This document shows, piece by piece, positions 1 to 11,788 of a stretch of 64,000 nucleotides of DNA (position 1 is the first letter of the stretch; each line of letters begins with the position of its first letter). The notes beneath the pieces were generated by a model that was not told the origin of the DNA, searched no databases, and was given only the letters and a program-made list of their open reading frames with translations. The position numbers and the translations under genes are program-made. Source of the stretch: Caecitellus pseudoparvulus (Eukaryota > Protista > Bigyra: Bicosoecida); the NCBI GenBank assembly GCA_965644315.1, contig CBFFRQ010000018.1, forward strand, positions 868,001-932,000, given 5' to 3'.

Positions 1-2071
1 TGGACAGGGACACGTACAGGGCGGAGGACGAGGCGCTGTGCAGGTGGGACTGCAGGGCTGCCACCGCCATGTCCGGGGCTGCGTTCGCAAGGGACGTCTC
101 TCCCGCGGTCAGCAGCACATCCCCGGGATACACTGAGTTCAAGTCCTCATGCAGGGGGGGTGCTTCGTGCAGGGTGTGGTTGAAGAGCGCGCTGGGTGGA
201 AGCGCGTGGCCCTGGCCACCGCCGCCTGGCAACGCAGCTCGCGGGTCACACAGCGGCGGAACGGTGGAGAGATCGAAGCGAGGGGAGAAGTGGAACACAC
301 TCGCCGCATGGGCGTGTGGGCCAGAGCCGTCCACGAGAGCGGTGCGTGATGCCGGCGACAGCAGCCCCAGCACAAGTGCCCTGCGGGCCGGGGCCAGTCT
401 ACGAAGCAGGCGGTCTCCCATCTGCCGCGTTGCCGGACCGGACGGCACGGTGGCGGCATCTCCTGGCAAGCCAGGGCGCACGACAGCCGCAATCACGACA
501 GCTTTGTGCCCATGCTCGCCGCCTTCCATGGCGGACAGTGCTGCCCGGGCACTGGCCTCCGTCGTGGGGACGCCACTTGACTCGACGTCGTCCCCGAAAC
601 GCAGCAGGTGCACGCCCAGACGCTGCACTGATTGAGCAAGCCACGGCCGCGGCAGGGTGCACACAAACCCCATCTGGTCGTACACACGCACAGGCTCATG
701 CGCGTGGACCCTGTCCCCATCCGCTGCTTGCGCTGCGTGGGCTGCAGCGAGCGGCACGAGGCGCACCGAGCACGGGAACAACTTCAGCGACAGAGCCATG
801 CGCTGCGGGTTGCTGTGCGTTTCATCAGAGCTCGAGCTGTGCGCGCCTTCAATGGGGCTGGCTGAGCTGCGCGCAGTGCGGCGCTTCAGAGCACGGCGAG
901 CGCGGGCTGGTTTCGACGCAGGCTCTGGGCTGCGCGTGGCGGAGCTTGCCCGGGAGGTGCTGCCCGAGGACCGGCCTTCCTGAGCTGCCGCCTTTGCAGA
1001 GCTTGTTGCGCTCATGGCCCGGTCAGACGCTTGGAGGCTGCGCCTGGGGAGGTGTGAGGCGCTGAGGGCCTTGTCCAGCACGCCGGCGCCCGTGTCCGCT
1101 TGGGCCCAGGCAGCCGCCAGTGCGGGGAGGGACAGTTGGCGAAGGGAGGGCGCCCCTGGACCGCGCAGGCCGCCCATGCTGTTCGCCAGGGCGGCCGCCC
1201 ACACGCGGGCCTCCAGCGCGTCTGCCGCCTTGAACTCCTGGAACACCGTTCCTTTCGCGGTCGCGACCGTCAGTGTAAAGCTGCACGCCTCACCTGCGTC
1301 GCAGCCCCCGCCCACAGCAGCCCAGTCGTACGCCAACGCTTGCATCTTCGTGACGGAAGTGACACGGCCGTGTTCCAGGCCACTGTCTCGCTCTGCTTCG
1401 TCTGCGAAACGCAGCAGTGCGCCCTCCAACAGCTGCAGCACAAAGTAGCGCTGGTGCCACACCTGGCTGGACTTGCCCGTCGCTGCGCTGCGGAACGCTC
1501 GAATGCCCAGGCAGCCTTCCAGAGTGTCTGTCATCCGCATGAGAGGAAGAGCTGCGCCAGTCCGCTGCGTTTCGGTTGACTGGCTCGAGGAATCGGGTGC
1601 GCCTGCAGCGCCAGCGCCAGCCTGGCGCAAGGTCCATGTTGGCAACGAGGGTGGCTGGCACGGCACCAACTGGGCGGCAGCTGCTGCTTGTGAGGCTGGC
1701 AAAGCACATGTGAGCACTGCAGAGCCCCGAAGGCGGTGCAGACCGGTGGTCAGCGCTGTCCAATCCTGCACACCATTCACAGCTCTCACAACAGCTCCCT
1801 GCACTGCAGGCCGCACGCTCTCATGCCTGCGGAGCACACCGAAGAAGGGTAAGGAGAGGGGCTTCATAGAGGGCAGGACACTGGGGGACTCACAGCATGC
1901 TGGCATCCTGCACGATGGTCTGGCCCTCGACCTTCTGTGGAGAGGCGCATGCGGAAATGGAGCGACGCCTGACCACGCCCGACATGGCCTCGGCCGACAT
2001 ACCTTCACAGAAAGCCCCCGGATGGGGGCAGGGCACACAACACACACATCTCCGGCTTGGACGCCTTCCAT
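1..2071 (-). CDS. PDZ-like + PH domain protein, 3' end runs off the window edge
   Basis: Not in the ORF track (apparently open to the edge). Manual splice: ATG 2071, GT-AG introns 1935-2002 and 1827-1893 give MEGVQAGDVCVVCPAPIRGLSVKKVEGQTIVQDASMLHESVRPAVQGAVVRAVNG (PDZ-like), then a PH-like segment WHQRYFVLQLLEG...FTLTVATAKGTVFQEFKAADALEARVWAAALANS, and near the edge VYPGDVLLTAGETSLANAAPDMAVAALQS (PDZ C-terminal half). The true start may lie further upstream. Confidence 0.7.
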   Translation of the reverse strand, partial: MEGVQAGDVCVVCPAPIRGLSVKVCRPRPCRAWSGVAPFPHAPLHRRSRARPSCRMPACCESPSVLPSMKPLSLPFFGVLRRHESVRPAVQGAVVRAVNGVQDWTALTTGLHRLRGSAVLTCALPASQAAAAAQLVPCQPPSLPTWTLRQAGAGAAGAPDSSSQSTETQRTGAALPLMRMTDTLEGCLGIRAFRSAATGKSSQVWHQRYFVLQLLEGALLRFADEAERDSGLEHGRVTSVTKMQALAYDWAAVGGGCDAGEACSFTLTVATAKGTVFQEFKAADALEARVWAAALANSMGGLRGPGAPSLRQLSLPALAAAWAQADTGAGVLDKALSASHLPRRSLQASDRAMSATSSAKAAAQEGRSSGSTSRASSATRSPEPASKPARARRALKRRTARSSASPIEGAHSSSSDETHSNPQRMALSLKLFPCSVRLVPLAAAHAAQAADGDRVHAHEPVRVYDQMGFVCTLPRPWLAQSVQRLGVHLLRFGDDVESSGVPTTEASARAALSAMEGGEHGHKAVVIAAVVRPGLPGDAATVPSGPATRQMGDRLLRRLAPARRALVLGLLSPASRTALVDGSGPHAHAASVFHFSPRFDLSTVPPLCDPRAALPGGGGQGHALPPSALFNHTLHEAPPLHEDLNSVYPGDVLLTAGETSLANAAPDMAVAALQSHLHSASSSALYVSLS

Positions 2072-3118
2072 TTCCCTTGGCCTCCTCCTCGCTTCACTTT
2101 GAGCCGCAGAGTTGTCTCGTCCCAGCTGGCTGGCTTGGATCAGCAACGCACCCCCGGCCCCTAACCTGAGATGCAGAAGAAACTGCAGTGCTTGAGCTCA
2201 GAGGACACAGGGAGGAATCTCGGACCCTTGAATCCTAGCAGAATTGCCGCGGCAGACACCGCCCGATCCACAGCAACGTCTGTGGCCACCTGCAGGTGGC
2301 TCGTACCTCTGTCGCCAGCTAGGCTCGCGGCACTTGGACGCTACAGGCTGTGTGAACAAGGCCCACCTGCTCGTGTGGCATCCAGCATAGGATGCATGGC
2401 CTGGTGAGTTGAAATTGTTGGGCTGAGGGTACGAGTACTTCAGGGCGAAGCCGGGTGTGTGCGACATGCTCCGACCGCCTTCCGTGCACTGGCTTGTGTC
2501 CAGGGCAGGTGAAACAACACAGCTCTTACACGAGGAAGCGAGGCAAGCTTCTAGGCTAGAACATGAGAGCCTCATATGGCCCGCATGAGCGCTGGAAGCG
2601 CCGCTCCAGTCGGCAAGGGGGCCAGGTCACTGAACTTGCAACAAAGTGAATGCCAGCCCAAGCAACACCAGTTTGCCAGCAAGCAACAACTGAAGATGGT
2701 CCATCGCCCACTTGAATCAACGGCGTTTCTGTGCTCTTCTACCTCTGCATCTCTGTCGCCCCCGGCAAGCGCAACGTGTGCCCCCACGGCGTCTGCATTC
2801 CACAGCTTCCAAGCCGTGTGCGTTGTTGCTGCCACGTCGCCAAAACCAGCCGAGCGCAAAACGTAAGACTCGTCAGACAGGGACGTCCGAAGCGCAGCCG
2901 AGGCAAATCAGCTTACTTCTCTTGCTGTGTTGCACGTGTTCCGCGACAGAATATCAGATCTTGTGCCTGCGCCTTCGCAGCAGGGTCGACTTTTTCGTCG
3001 CGGCCGGCCAATTGCCGCAGAAGCCGAGGCGTCGTTTTGCAGCCCGACTGCCACGCAGGCTGCCATACCTGCGGATCTAAGCCCGGCAATCGTCTCACAC
3101 AAGCATACACCTCGAGGC

Positions 3119-6100
3119 ATGACCGGGTCCTCGTGGGGGCCACGGCCGCTCCGGCGAGCTATCGCTGTGCTGGCCTGCCTGCCGCTGGTTGCCATTTTTG
3201 GTGCACTGCACTTGAGTGTCGCCATTCAGCCCAAGCCTCTCGCTGTGAGGCGCTTGCAGCCAGTGGGCCCACAAAGATACTCGGATGATAATGCTTCCTT
3301 CTCCGCCCACTCCTGGCCAGAGGCTCTGGCTGGTGGCGAGATGGGTGACAGCCCAACGCACGTTGCAAGCGACGTCCACGCAGACGGCACGATTCGCAGG
3401 CTGTCCTCTGGTTCCCCTGTGTACGTCAAGACCACAGGTTCAGACTCCAATTCGGGGGCGTCTCCAGCCGCTGCTCTACGCACCTTTGCCGCAGCCATCA
3501 CCACAGCTGCCGGCACACGGCCCATCCACATCGCGGGGGGCAGCTACTCGACCACCACGCTGAATCTCCCCTCTGGCACAAAGCTGTGGGGTGGCTGGAG
3601 CTCTGACTTCACCTCTCGAAACCCCGACGCGAATCCTGTCTTTCTCACGTCCTCTGGGACAGGCATGACCTGCACCAGCTCCTCTGATATTCTCGTGGAA
3701 GGCGTGCGTCTGACGGTTGAGCTGGGCGGTGGGCACACCGCGTATGGTATGCGATTGAACTCCTGCACAAACGTGCGCATCTACAACTCCCGCATATCTG
3801 TCTGGGCTGGAGCTGATGGAGCTGATGGAGCGCCTGGCAGTGATGGCTCTAATGGAGGTAAGCGCAGTGCGGCCGCCGAGTGCGCAAACTTCAGCTTCGC
3901 ACGCCACTTGCCGTACCCGCATTCGCAGCAAACGGGGGGCAGGGAGCCCCATCTTGTGAAGATGACGGATGTGGAGTTTGTGTATGCAGCTCTTGCAGCA
4001 CACCCATCGGAGGAAGTGGCGGCGCTGGCTGCGGCGGCACATGCTCCGGCGGCAAGGGTGGCAATGGCGGAGCGAACAATGGAAACGGCTTCGGTGGCAG
4101 CACTGGGGGAGGTTCCAGTGGCGGTGCAGGAGGTGCTGCTGTTCCGAGAGGTTTAGGTGACGTGAACCCATCATATACGTACATCGGGAAGAACGGCGGA
4201 TCCGGAAGTGATGGTTCACATGGAGCAGGCGCTGGCAATCAGAACTTTGGCGTTTCTGGCTGGTCACGGCAATCTGGCTCGTTTGGCTCTTCTGGAACCG
4301 ATGGCTCTGGTGGTGGTGGTGGGGGTGGCGGCGGCGGCGATGATGGCGGCTTCCAGTGCTATTCTCGAGGTGGAGCTGGCGGAGGCGGGGGAGGCGGCGG
4401 AAGCCGCGGTATCAGGGGTTCGCCAGGCACGAGCGGCGGCTCCAGTTTTGGAATATACGCAACTGATTCTGATTTTCAGTTGTGGGGCGTGTTCATTCAA
4501 GTGGGCGATGGCGGTGATGGTGGGGATGGTGGCAGGGGCGGCGACGGAGGCTCTGGTGGAGTTGGCGGGAACTGCTCAGGGAACAAAGGCTCATGCTACG
4601 CTGGGAGCGGAACGCAAGACGATGCATCTAATGGAGCTCGTGGTGGAGCTGGTGGAGCTGGTGGCGACGGGGGCGATGGTGGCGGCGGGGCTGGCGGGCA
4701 CAGCATTGCGATGCTGCTACGTGGCACAACCGTGGCCCGCTTGGCGTCGTATACAGGCGTGCACGGCACAGCTGGGGCCCAGGGGGCCAGGGGATCTCCG
4801 CTGGCATCAATGGGCATCGCGCAAGACATCTACACCATCCTTCCAGCCAGCGTCGTGTACCAGGTTCCTTCCAGCACACCTGCACCGACGCCAAGCAGCA
4901 CACGGTCTCCCTCTGCGACCCCGAGTGTGACGGCGACCTCAAGTGTGAGCGGAACTGCAAGTGTCACAGCAAGTGTCACTGCTAGTGTCACTGCTAGTGT
5001 CACGGCCAGCGTCACAGCCAGCGTCACCAGGACTCCGTCCCAAACTGCCTCCTGCACGGCAAGCGTCACAGCCAGTGTGACGGCGAGCGTTACTGCCTCC
5101 AACACCGCTACAGTCACGGTTACCCCATCCAACACAGCCAGTGTCACTGCCAGTGTCACTGCCAGTGTCACTGCCAGTGTGACGGCGTCCAACACGGCTA
5201 GCGTCACTGCCAGTGTTACCCCCAGCCACACTCCCACGAACACGCCGACGCCCAGCACGACAGCCAGTGCGACGCCAACTCCGGATGTGCTGCGGCTCTC
5301 AGAGCGTGTGGCCAGTGGGGATGGCTTTCCATTCGAGTACTTCAACCTCATTCCAGCACGCCTGGCGCCGCGGACTCTCGTGTTGCCGAGGAACGGCAGT
5401 CAGTCCATGGATGACAACACAGTGACCTTGAACGTGCAGCTGAAGACGAACCCGGGCGTGTTTTCCGCGACGTGGGGTGTCAGCGCAACTCTCGTTGGCT
5501 CTTCGACTGAGTGGCTGGAAGATATCGTGCGGGGCTCGACGGTTACTGTGCCCAGGGTGCCAGAGGTGACCTTGGAGGAAGGTGCGCGGAACGTTTCTGC
5601 CGCAGCAGCGTCAGGGCGAGTTGCGCGCGCAGCCCCAGACGTTGTGGTGAGCCCCGCTGAGGCCACTGTGGGGTCCCTTCCTGTGCAGACCAGCATGTCG
5701 GTGACAGTGCAAGTGCCTTGCTGGGATGCAGACCAGCCCCAAGCGTGTGGAGCAGACGATGCAGCGTCCCCAGGCGACTACCAAGGTGTCTTTGTGTACC
5801 GCATCAGCATCACCACACCAGCAGGCGGGGATGTCTTCTCTTTGCCACTTTTGGTGGCCGTGCTGGCGCCTGCAGTTGAGGTGCAGCCTTTGAACTTGCT
5901 TGAGCGCGTGTCCCCAGGAGACAATGCTCCCATTCGCATCCCCTTCCATGTCTCAAACCCCGGCTCAGCCCCAGCAACCTGGCGCCTGGCCGTCCCTTCG
6001 CTCAGCATCGCACGGGCTGGCAACGAGGGCTCTGTGGTGGCCGTTCCCCCAGACAGGTATGATTTTGCGGCTGGCAGCGTGTGCTGGCTCCGCTTCCTGG

Positions 6101-9100
6101 TTCAGGATGACGGGCCAGTGGCTGGCGTGCGAAACTGCTCCCTGGCACAAGCTGTCGCAGGGCTGCCTGCTCTACGGACAACTGCATCCACTTGCGTTGA
6201 GGGTGTCCTGGCACCGTACACGTCCACAACCTTGCAGGCTGTGGCACTGCCAGCCCAGCTGCAAGTGGGCTTGACTGGGACGGACATTGCCTTTGCAGCG
6301 GCTGGCTTTGGTGCAGCAAGCAAGGCCCAGGTGTCGCCGTGGCAGCCTCCACCACCCGCGTCCATTCCACGGAAGTTCCTGTCCACTGCACGGGTGAGCT
6401 CAGTTGGACTCGTCATCAGCCTCGTCGATTTGTGCCCTGCTCAGGTGGCTCTCAGCCCCATCGCCGCGCCACCAGATGGCTCCACAGTGACGCGTGTCAA
6501 GCACGTCACTGTGAGGTCCTTTGATGCCACGGCCTCTTTGCAGCCAGAGCTGGCGGCCATTCTGCACGGCAACGTGTCGGTCAGCTCAGTGAAGGCTTGT
6601 GCTGGCGGGGGCGGCGGAGAGTCCGCGGCTGCCGTGCGCCAGCGCTTTTACGACATTGTCGGCAATGCCAGCCAGCCTTCGCCGTCGTGGGTGAAGCTGC
6701 GTTTCAGCGTGGACGCAGATGTCTTCATCGCGGGCCCCGCACCCGTCGGGGCACTGAATGCCACCGCACTGCCTATTTCCGGCATCACCGTGTCCCCATC
6801 AGCCATTGGAACCATCAGCATCATTGCAACGCACTCCGCTGACCGCCCCATCCCCCTTGGAGAGCACCGCATGACGTTGCTGCTGGTGTTCCAGTCCACC
6901 CAAGGCTCGGGCGGGGGGGCGCAGCAGTCTCCGAGTTGAGGAGCGTGGACATCACCGTGAATGTCGTGCCGGGCCCGGCATCCAAGCTGGGCTCCCTTTC
7001 CATCGCCTTGCGCCCCCGAGTGCTGGGAGGCGACCTGCCCTTGCAGGGGCGCGTGGCTGCTGGAGCCAGTGCTGAGGTTCCGGTGGACACCTCAGCTCTC
7101 ACCGTGGACACTGCTGGGAAGCTCATCAGCGTCATTCAGCTGGCAGATTCCTTCGGTTTTCCGCGGGCGGTGGGGGACGATTCGCTGCTGCCTCTACTGC
7201 AGGGGGCGGGGAATCGCTCAGTGCCGGTACGCGACCCGACAGTGCTCGCAGTGCGGCGCCTGACGTCATCAGACATCATGGGTGATGCGCCGCTGATGGC
7301 AGCTTTGCAGTGTGCGTGGAGCCCACAGACTTGCCCTGGGGGGGGCGCGCCGTCGGTCGTGCCGCAGGCTGCTGCTCAGGCCATGTTGGGTCTGCTCAGC
7401 TCCGCCCCAGGCTTGGCAGCTGCGTACCAGTCAGTCACAAACATGGCCACCCCGATGCCGCCGGCTGGCGGGGAAGTGTATGGCGTGTTTCTGCGCCCAC
7501 GAGGCAGTGGCTCCATGGCAGTGCAAGTGTGGAGTGCAGCCGTGGACGCGGAGTTCGCGCAGGCCACGCGCAGCGACAGCGTGCTGCCTGCGCAGGGCAG
7601 CACTCCCACCAGCCCCGCCCGGCGTGGCCTTGCCGTGACGGCTAACATGCAGCAGATCTTGTCCATCAATGAGAGCAAGGTTGAGGTGGATGCGGTGCCC
7701 TGCGACAGCCTCGGGCTGGTGGAGCTGACGACGCCGTTTGGCTCCATCACGGCCCCCTCCATGACCACCGCTGAGGATGGCATCACGTGCACGTGCCGGC
7801 CAGGGTTCGTGCGAATGCCTAGCACGCCTGGCGAAGTGCTGACGAGCCAGAAACTGCGCTGCATGCCTTGCCCCGCGGGCTTCTACTCTGCCCGCGCGAC
7901 ACTGCGAGCGCAGGGAGCAGTGGGCAGCTGCTTGCCTTGTCCAGACAACAGCTTTGCCCTGGCAGGAGCGGCTACTTGCACAACGTGCCCTGTCACTTCG
8001 GCTGTGCAGTGCTCTGGCGGGATGATGAGCGTTGCGGGGGGTTTCCGCTTGAGCAGGTGGGACGGCGCGGGCGTGTCTGCGCCAAGCTCGCCTGAACTGC
8101 AGCTGTGGCAAGCTGCCCTGGAGCTGGGCTGGTCTGCACCTGCGAACTCCAGCGTGCCGGGAGAGGGCGAGCGCTTCTTGGGCATCACGGCCAGGGACGC
8201 TGACGCATTCATTCGAGCGGCGCAGCAGGTCATGCTGCCCTGCCCCAACCCCTTTGCATGTGTGCCGAGAGCTGCCGCGCCGGCTTCATCCAGCTCTGCA
8301 GGGGGGAACGAGACGCAGGTCGCCCCTGCAGAGCGGCGCCGAGGGACATGCATCGCGGGGGACCAGGGCCGGTCCTTCAACTGCAGCTTCGTAGGCGTGC
8401 GGGATTCTACTTGTGCGGAGGGCCACGACACGGATTCGTTCCTTTGTGTCCGCTGCGCCGAGGGGTACCACCACTTTCCTCCAGGCGCAGGCGAAGCGGG
8501 GTCATGCGTTGCCTGCGGGCCGCCAGGCCGGAACGCAGGCATTCTTGTGGGCATTACAGCTGTGGGATTGGGGCTTGTGGCTGTCATCCTGTACAGCTGG
8601 AACAACGCCGAGGGGGGGGTGGGGGTGGCCCAACCCTCCGTCGTGGCCCACGTGTCTGCGCGAGCATGGGCAAGCAGCGTCGCTGTGACTTCCGCCCTGC
8701 ACTTAGTGGGCAAGGGCAGCAAGGCTAGAGGCGGAAAGGACCCAGACAAGCAGAGCATCTCGCTTACACTGAACTGGCGCCCGGTTTCGGCATCGTGGGT
8801 TCCTGCCGGTGCTGTGTGCCTGCCTGATGCCGACGCGCCTGGCCAGCTGTCCATTTCGAGGCCACTGCCACCCGCCGCCGACCACGCCTTGCGGGTGGTG
8901 GCAGGCATGTACCTGCTTCTGTTCTTGCAGCTGTCGTCGCTGTTGGGCGACGTGCGGCCCAACAACCCGCAGCTCCTCTCCGCACAAGAAGTGCTGGGGC
9001 ACGCCTCCAGCCTCGTGCCTGTGGATTCCTTCGCCATTGCGTGCCTGAGCCCCGACTCGGTCATCGGCTACGTGCGGCTATCGTGGACCGTCGCACTGCC

Positions 9101-11546
9101 AGTGTTGTCCTTCCTGCTGGGAGCCCTCGCCACCGCAGGCGTGTACGCGTGGGAGAGCAGGCCGCGCGATGTGCCTACCGGCGGGGCTGCACCCGCTGCG
9201 ACAGTCACAGCAAGTGGCGCTAGACAAGGGCCTGCCCAGAGCTCCAGCGACAAGCTGGTGCATCGCACAGCCAAGTCCCTGGCTGTCGGCTTGGGCTTGG
9301 CGTTGCTGTGCCTGTGGTGTGTCGTGCCTCGGTGCTTGTCCGGCGTTGTCAGCGTGTTCCCCTCTGTGCATGTGACTCCCGAGACGGAGGCTCTGCTTTC
9401 CGACACAGCCCAGGCGGCCAACACCCCTCTCCACAGCACTGCTCGTGGACTCGGCGCCCTCATCTTCCTCATGTTTGTATTTCTGCCAGGCGCCGCCCTC
9501 GCTTGGGGTGTGCGCGTCGCAAGCCGTGCTGCTGCGGATGGCGTCAGCGTGCAGAGTGGGCAGGAGGCTTTGACTGGGCGCCTGCCGCCCAAGGCGAAGT
9601 CCGGCAGTGCGGCGGTATCAAGCACTTCTGTCGTTGTCTCTGGCACCTCGAGCGGCGCGAAGCACAGCGGCAGTGCATCTGAGTCAGGTATGGATGCAAA
9701 GGCCTCACACGAAGCGATTGCTGCCGTCCCTGCGGCTACGCTGCGTGCCCCCCCGTCCATGACAGTGTGGTCTGCCACTGCCCTGCTGTGGGGCTTCTAC
9801 CGCCCTGGCATGCAGGGCTGGTCAGCGCTGTGGTGCACGCAGATGCTTCTCCTAGCCATGACGCCAGCCTTTACGCCTTCCTTCTCAGGGCGCTGCTTCA
9901 TCGCCACCTTCGTCTGCTTGGTGGCAGCGTGCACGTACGAGCTGGCCGCTCCCCACGATTTTGCCCGCAGCCTTCTGCGAACGAATGCCCGTGTGCTTGA
10001 CATGCTCAAACGCCAGCTGGAGCGTTTCAAAGCTCTAGAGAGCACCACCGCCCGGGAGCTAGGGGAGGAGGGCGTGCCCCTTCTCTGCAGCTGCTGTGGC
10101 TTTGAATTCTACAGTGTGCGCTCTACCAAGCGCAAGCAGGCTGCAGCAAAGCCAGAGCAGGAGCAGTCAGCGGCAGCCAGTTTGTTCCAGAGCATGCAAG
10201 AGCAGCAGCTGCACCAGCGCCTGGTGCAAAACCCTGCGCTGGAGTGGGTCTCCAGCGGGCGAGGGCGCATGGCGCCCATCCTGCATCACACGGCCATCGT
10301 CACACCCTCCACCACGCTCAGTGCGGAGACCAGTGCACAGAAGGGCGCAGCTTTCACCATGTCTGCCTCCACCCGGCACATGCTGCGCGTGAAGCAAGCG
10401 CCAGAGGGCCGCGATGAGCCGCACCTGCAGCAAGCCAAGGCTGTGAACCCAATGCTGCTCAAGGTGCACGGCGGGCAGGGCAAGCAGGGAAAGTCAACGA
10501 GCGTGAAGGCTGACGGCGCCCCGGCAGCTGAGACCCATGCCTTGCGCCAGCGCCGTGCAGACCTCGAAGCAGAGCACGCCAAGGTTCTGTCCCTGGCACT
10601 CACAGGCCTGTGGTACCATCGCATCGGCTCGTCTGTGGTGTGGAACCTTGTGCTTCAGGGCGGCCTCGCCTATGCCTCCCTTGCGTGGCAAGCAGGTAAC
10701 CGCTTTCCATCTGTGGTGCCCCGAGGAGGGAACCTGAACCCTGAGCAACTGAACACAGCTGTGCACGTGGCAACGTACGGCACGTTTACACTGTGGTGGC
10801 TCACAGTGCTGTACCTGACAGTGCTGCTCCTGCCCAACCGCATTCGGTGCAGCATTCTTTCCTGCTCCTTCGCCGTGTCAGGTGCTGTGTCTGCCGTAGT
10901 CACCAAGCCTGCCGCCTTCGTCCTGTGGGTGGTGGACGGCTGCCCACCGCCGCCGCCGCCGCCTGCCGCAGATGTGCAGAAAGGTCGCCGCAGCAGCCAG
11001 CGCATCTTCGTGCAGCCTCTGCCGACTAGGCAGCTCACAGACGAGGACAAAGCCCGGGCCTCTACGCTGGTGAAGGGACCCACGGACACGGCAGGTACAG
11101 ACGGACAGCGTGCAGCCAAGGCCTTGGTGCGGCAGGACAGCGACAGTGGTCGCATCTCCGCCCATGCGACGCAGGTGCGGCAGCGCGCTGTCAAGCGGGA
11201 CAGCACCAGCGGGCGCCTGCTGCGTGCGGTGCGCAACTCCATCGTGGCCCTCTCGAGGCCAACCTCCATTTCTCAAGGCACTGGTGTTGATGAGGAGGGG
11301 GGCCTTGAGCTGCTCCAGGTTTCCAAGCCAAGCCAAGCCCTCTCCTCCGAGCGGCGCAGGGAGCTGCTGCGCATGAGTACGGCTGCAGGCAAGAGCGCTG
11401 CAAGCTCCACCAACACTTCGCAGCGTCGATCCATGGCCTCCTCCAGGAAGTCTCTACTGAAGCCTGCAGCGGGGGCGGCTTCGAAGCCGGCACGCTCGAC
11501 CAGCCCGAGAAGCAAGCGGCGCCCTAATCGTGGTGGGCTTTTGTAG
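3119..11546 (+). CDS. Giant multipass cell-surface protein (beta-helix/DUF1565-like, Gly-rich, TASV stalk, Cys-rich GCC2/GCC3-like, multi-TM); one apparent frameshift at 6913-6919
   Basis: ATG 3119 precedes a hydrophobic leader (AIAVLACLPLVAIFGAL). Intron 3858-3928 (GTAAGC...CGCAG) joins ORFs 2927 and 3880 in frame. ORF 3880 stops at 6939 and ORF 6936 continues; one extra G in the G7 run restores ...GSGGGGAAVSELRSVDITVNV. Downstream: CMPCPAGFYS...CLPCPDNSF, CAEGH...LCVRCAEGY...CVAC and several TM helices. Confidence 0.75.
4954..5220 (+). repeat. Coding tandem repeat, 12-bp unit encoding Thr-Ala-Ser-Val (mucin-like stalk)
   Basis: Repeated units such as ACTGCCAGTGTC/ACAGCCAGCGTC encoding (TASV)n, with synonymous variation between copies. 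Confidence 0.9.
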
Positions 11547-11788
11547 CCGATAGTGGGGAGGGGGGCGTGAGCTCCGGCTGTGGTGCTACCCAACCCCCAC
11601 AACCCGTTGGGCTCATACCCGTGAACATCTTTCATTTCGCAACATCGATTCTTTTGCTTTGTCTCTTTGAATGCATGCGACTGTTCACGCGGACGCTCGC
11701 GCTGGAAGTTTCGCCTGCGTTTCGTCGCGAGGCCAGGCTTTGCCTGGAGCACGTTTCCTTTCGCTGTCACGGCCTCTGAGCTGATGTC

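Noticed and set aside
2072-3118. Several 78-185 aa ORFs in the ~1 kb divergent spacer
   Set aside because: No recognisable motifs. An upstream exon (MSHTPGFALKYSYP..., from ~2467) could splice in frame to the PDZ/PH gene, but I cannot support it.
4954-5220. 12-bp repeat array as a possible CRISPR or non-coding satellite
   Set aside because: No spacers; in frame with synonymous variation, so it is a coding TASV repeat.
6937-6939. TGA as selenocysteine or readthrough codon
   Set aside because: The continuing coding sequence is in a different frame, so readthrough would not join the ORFs.
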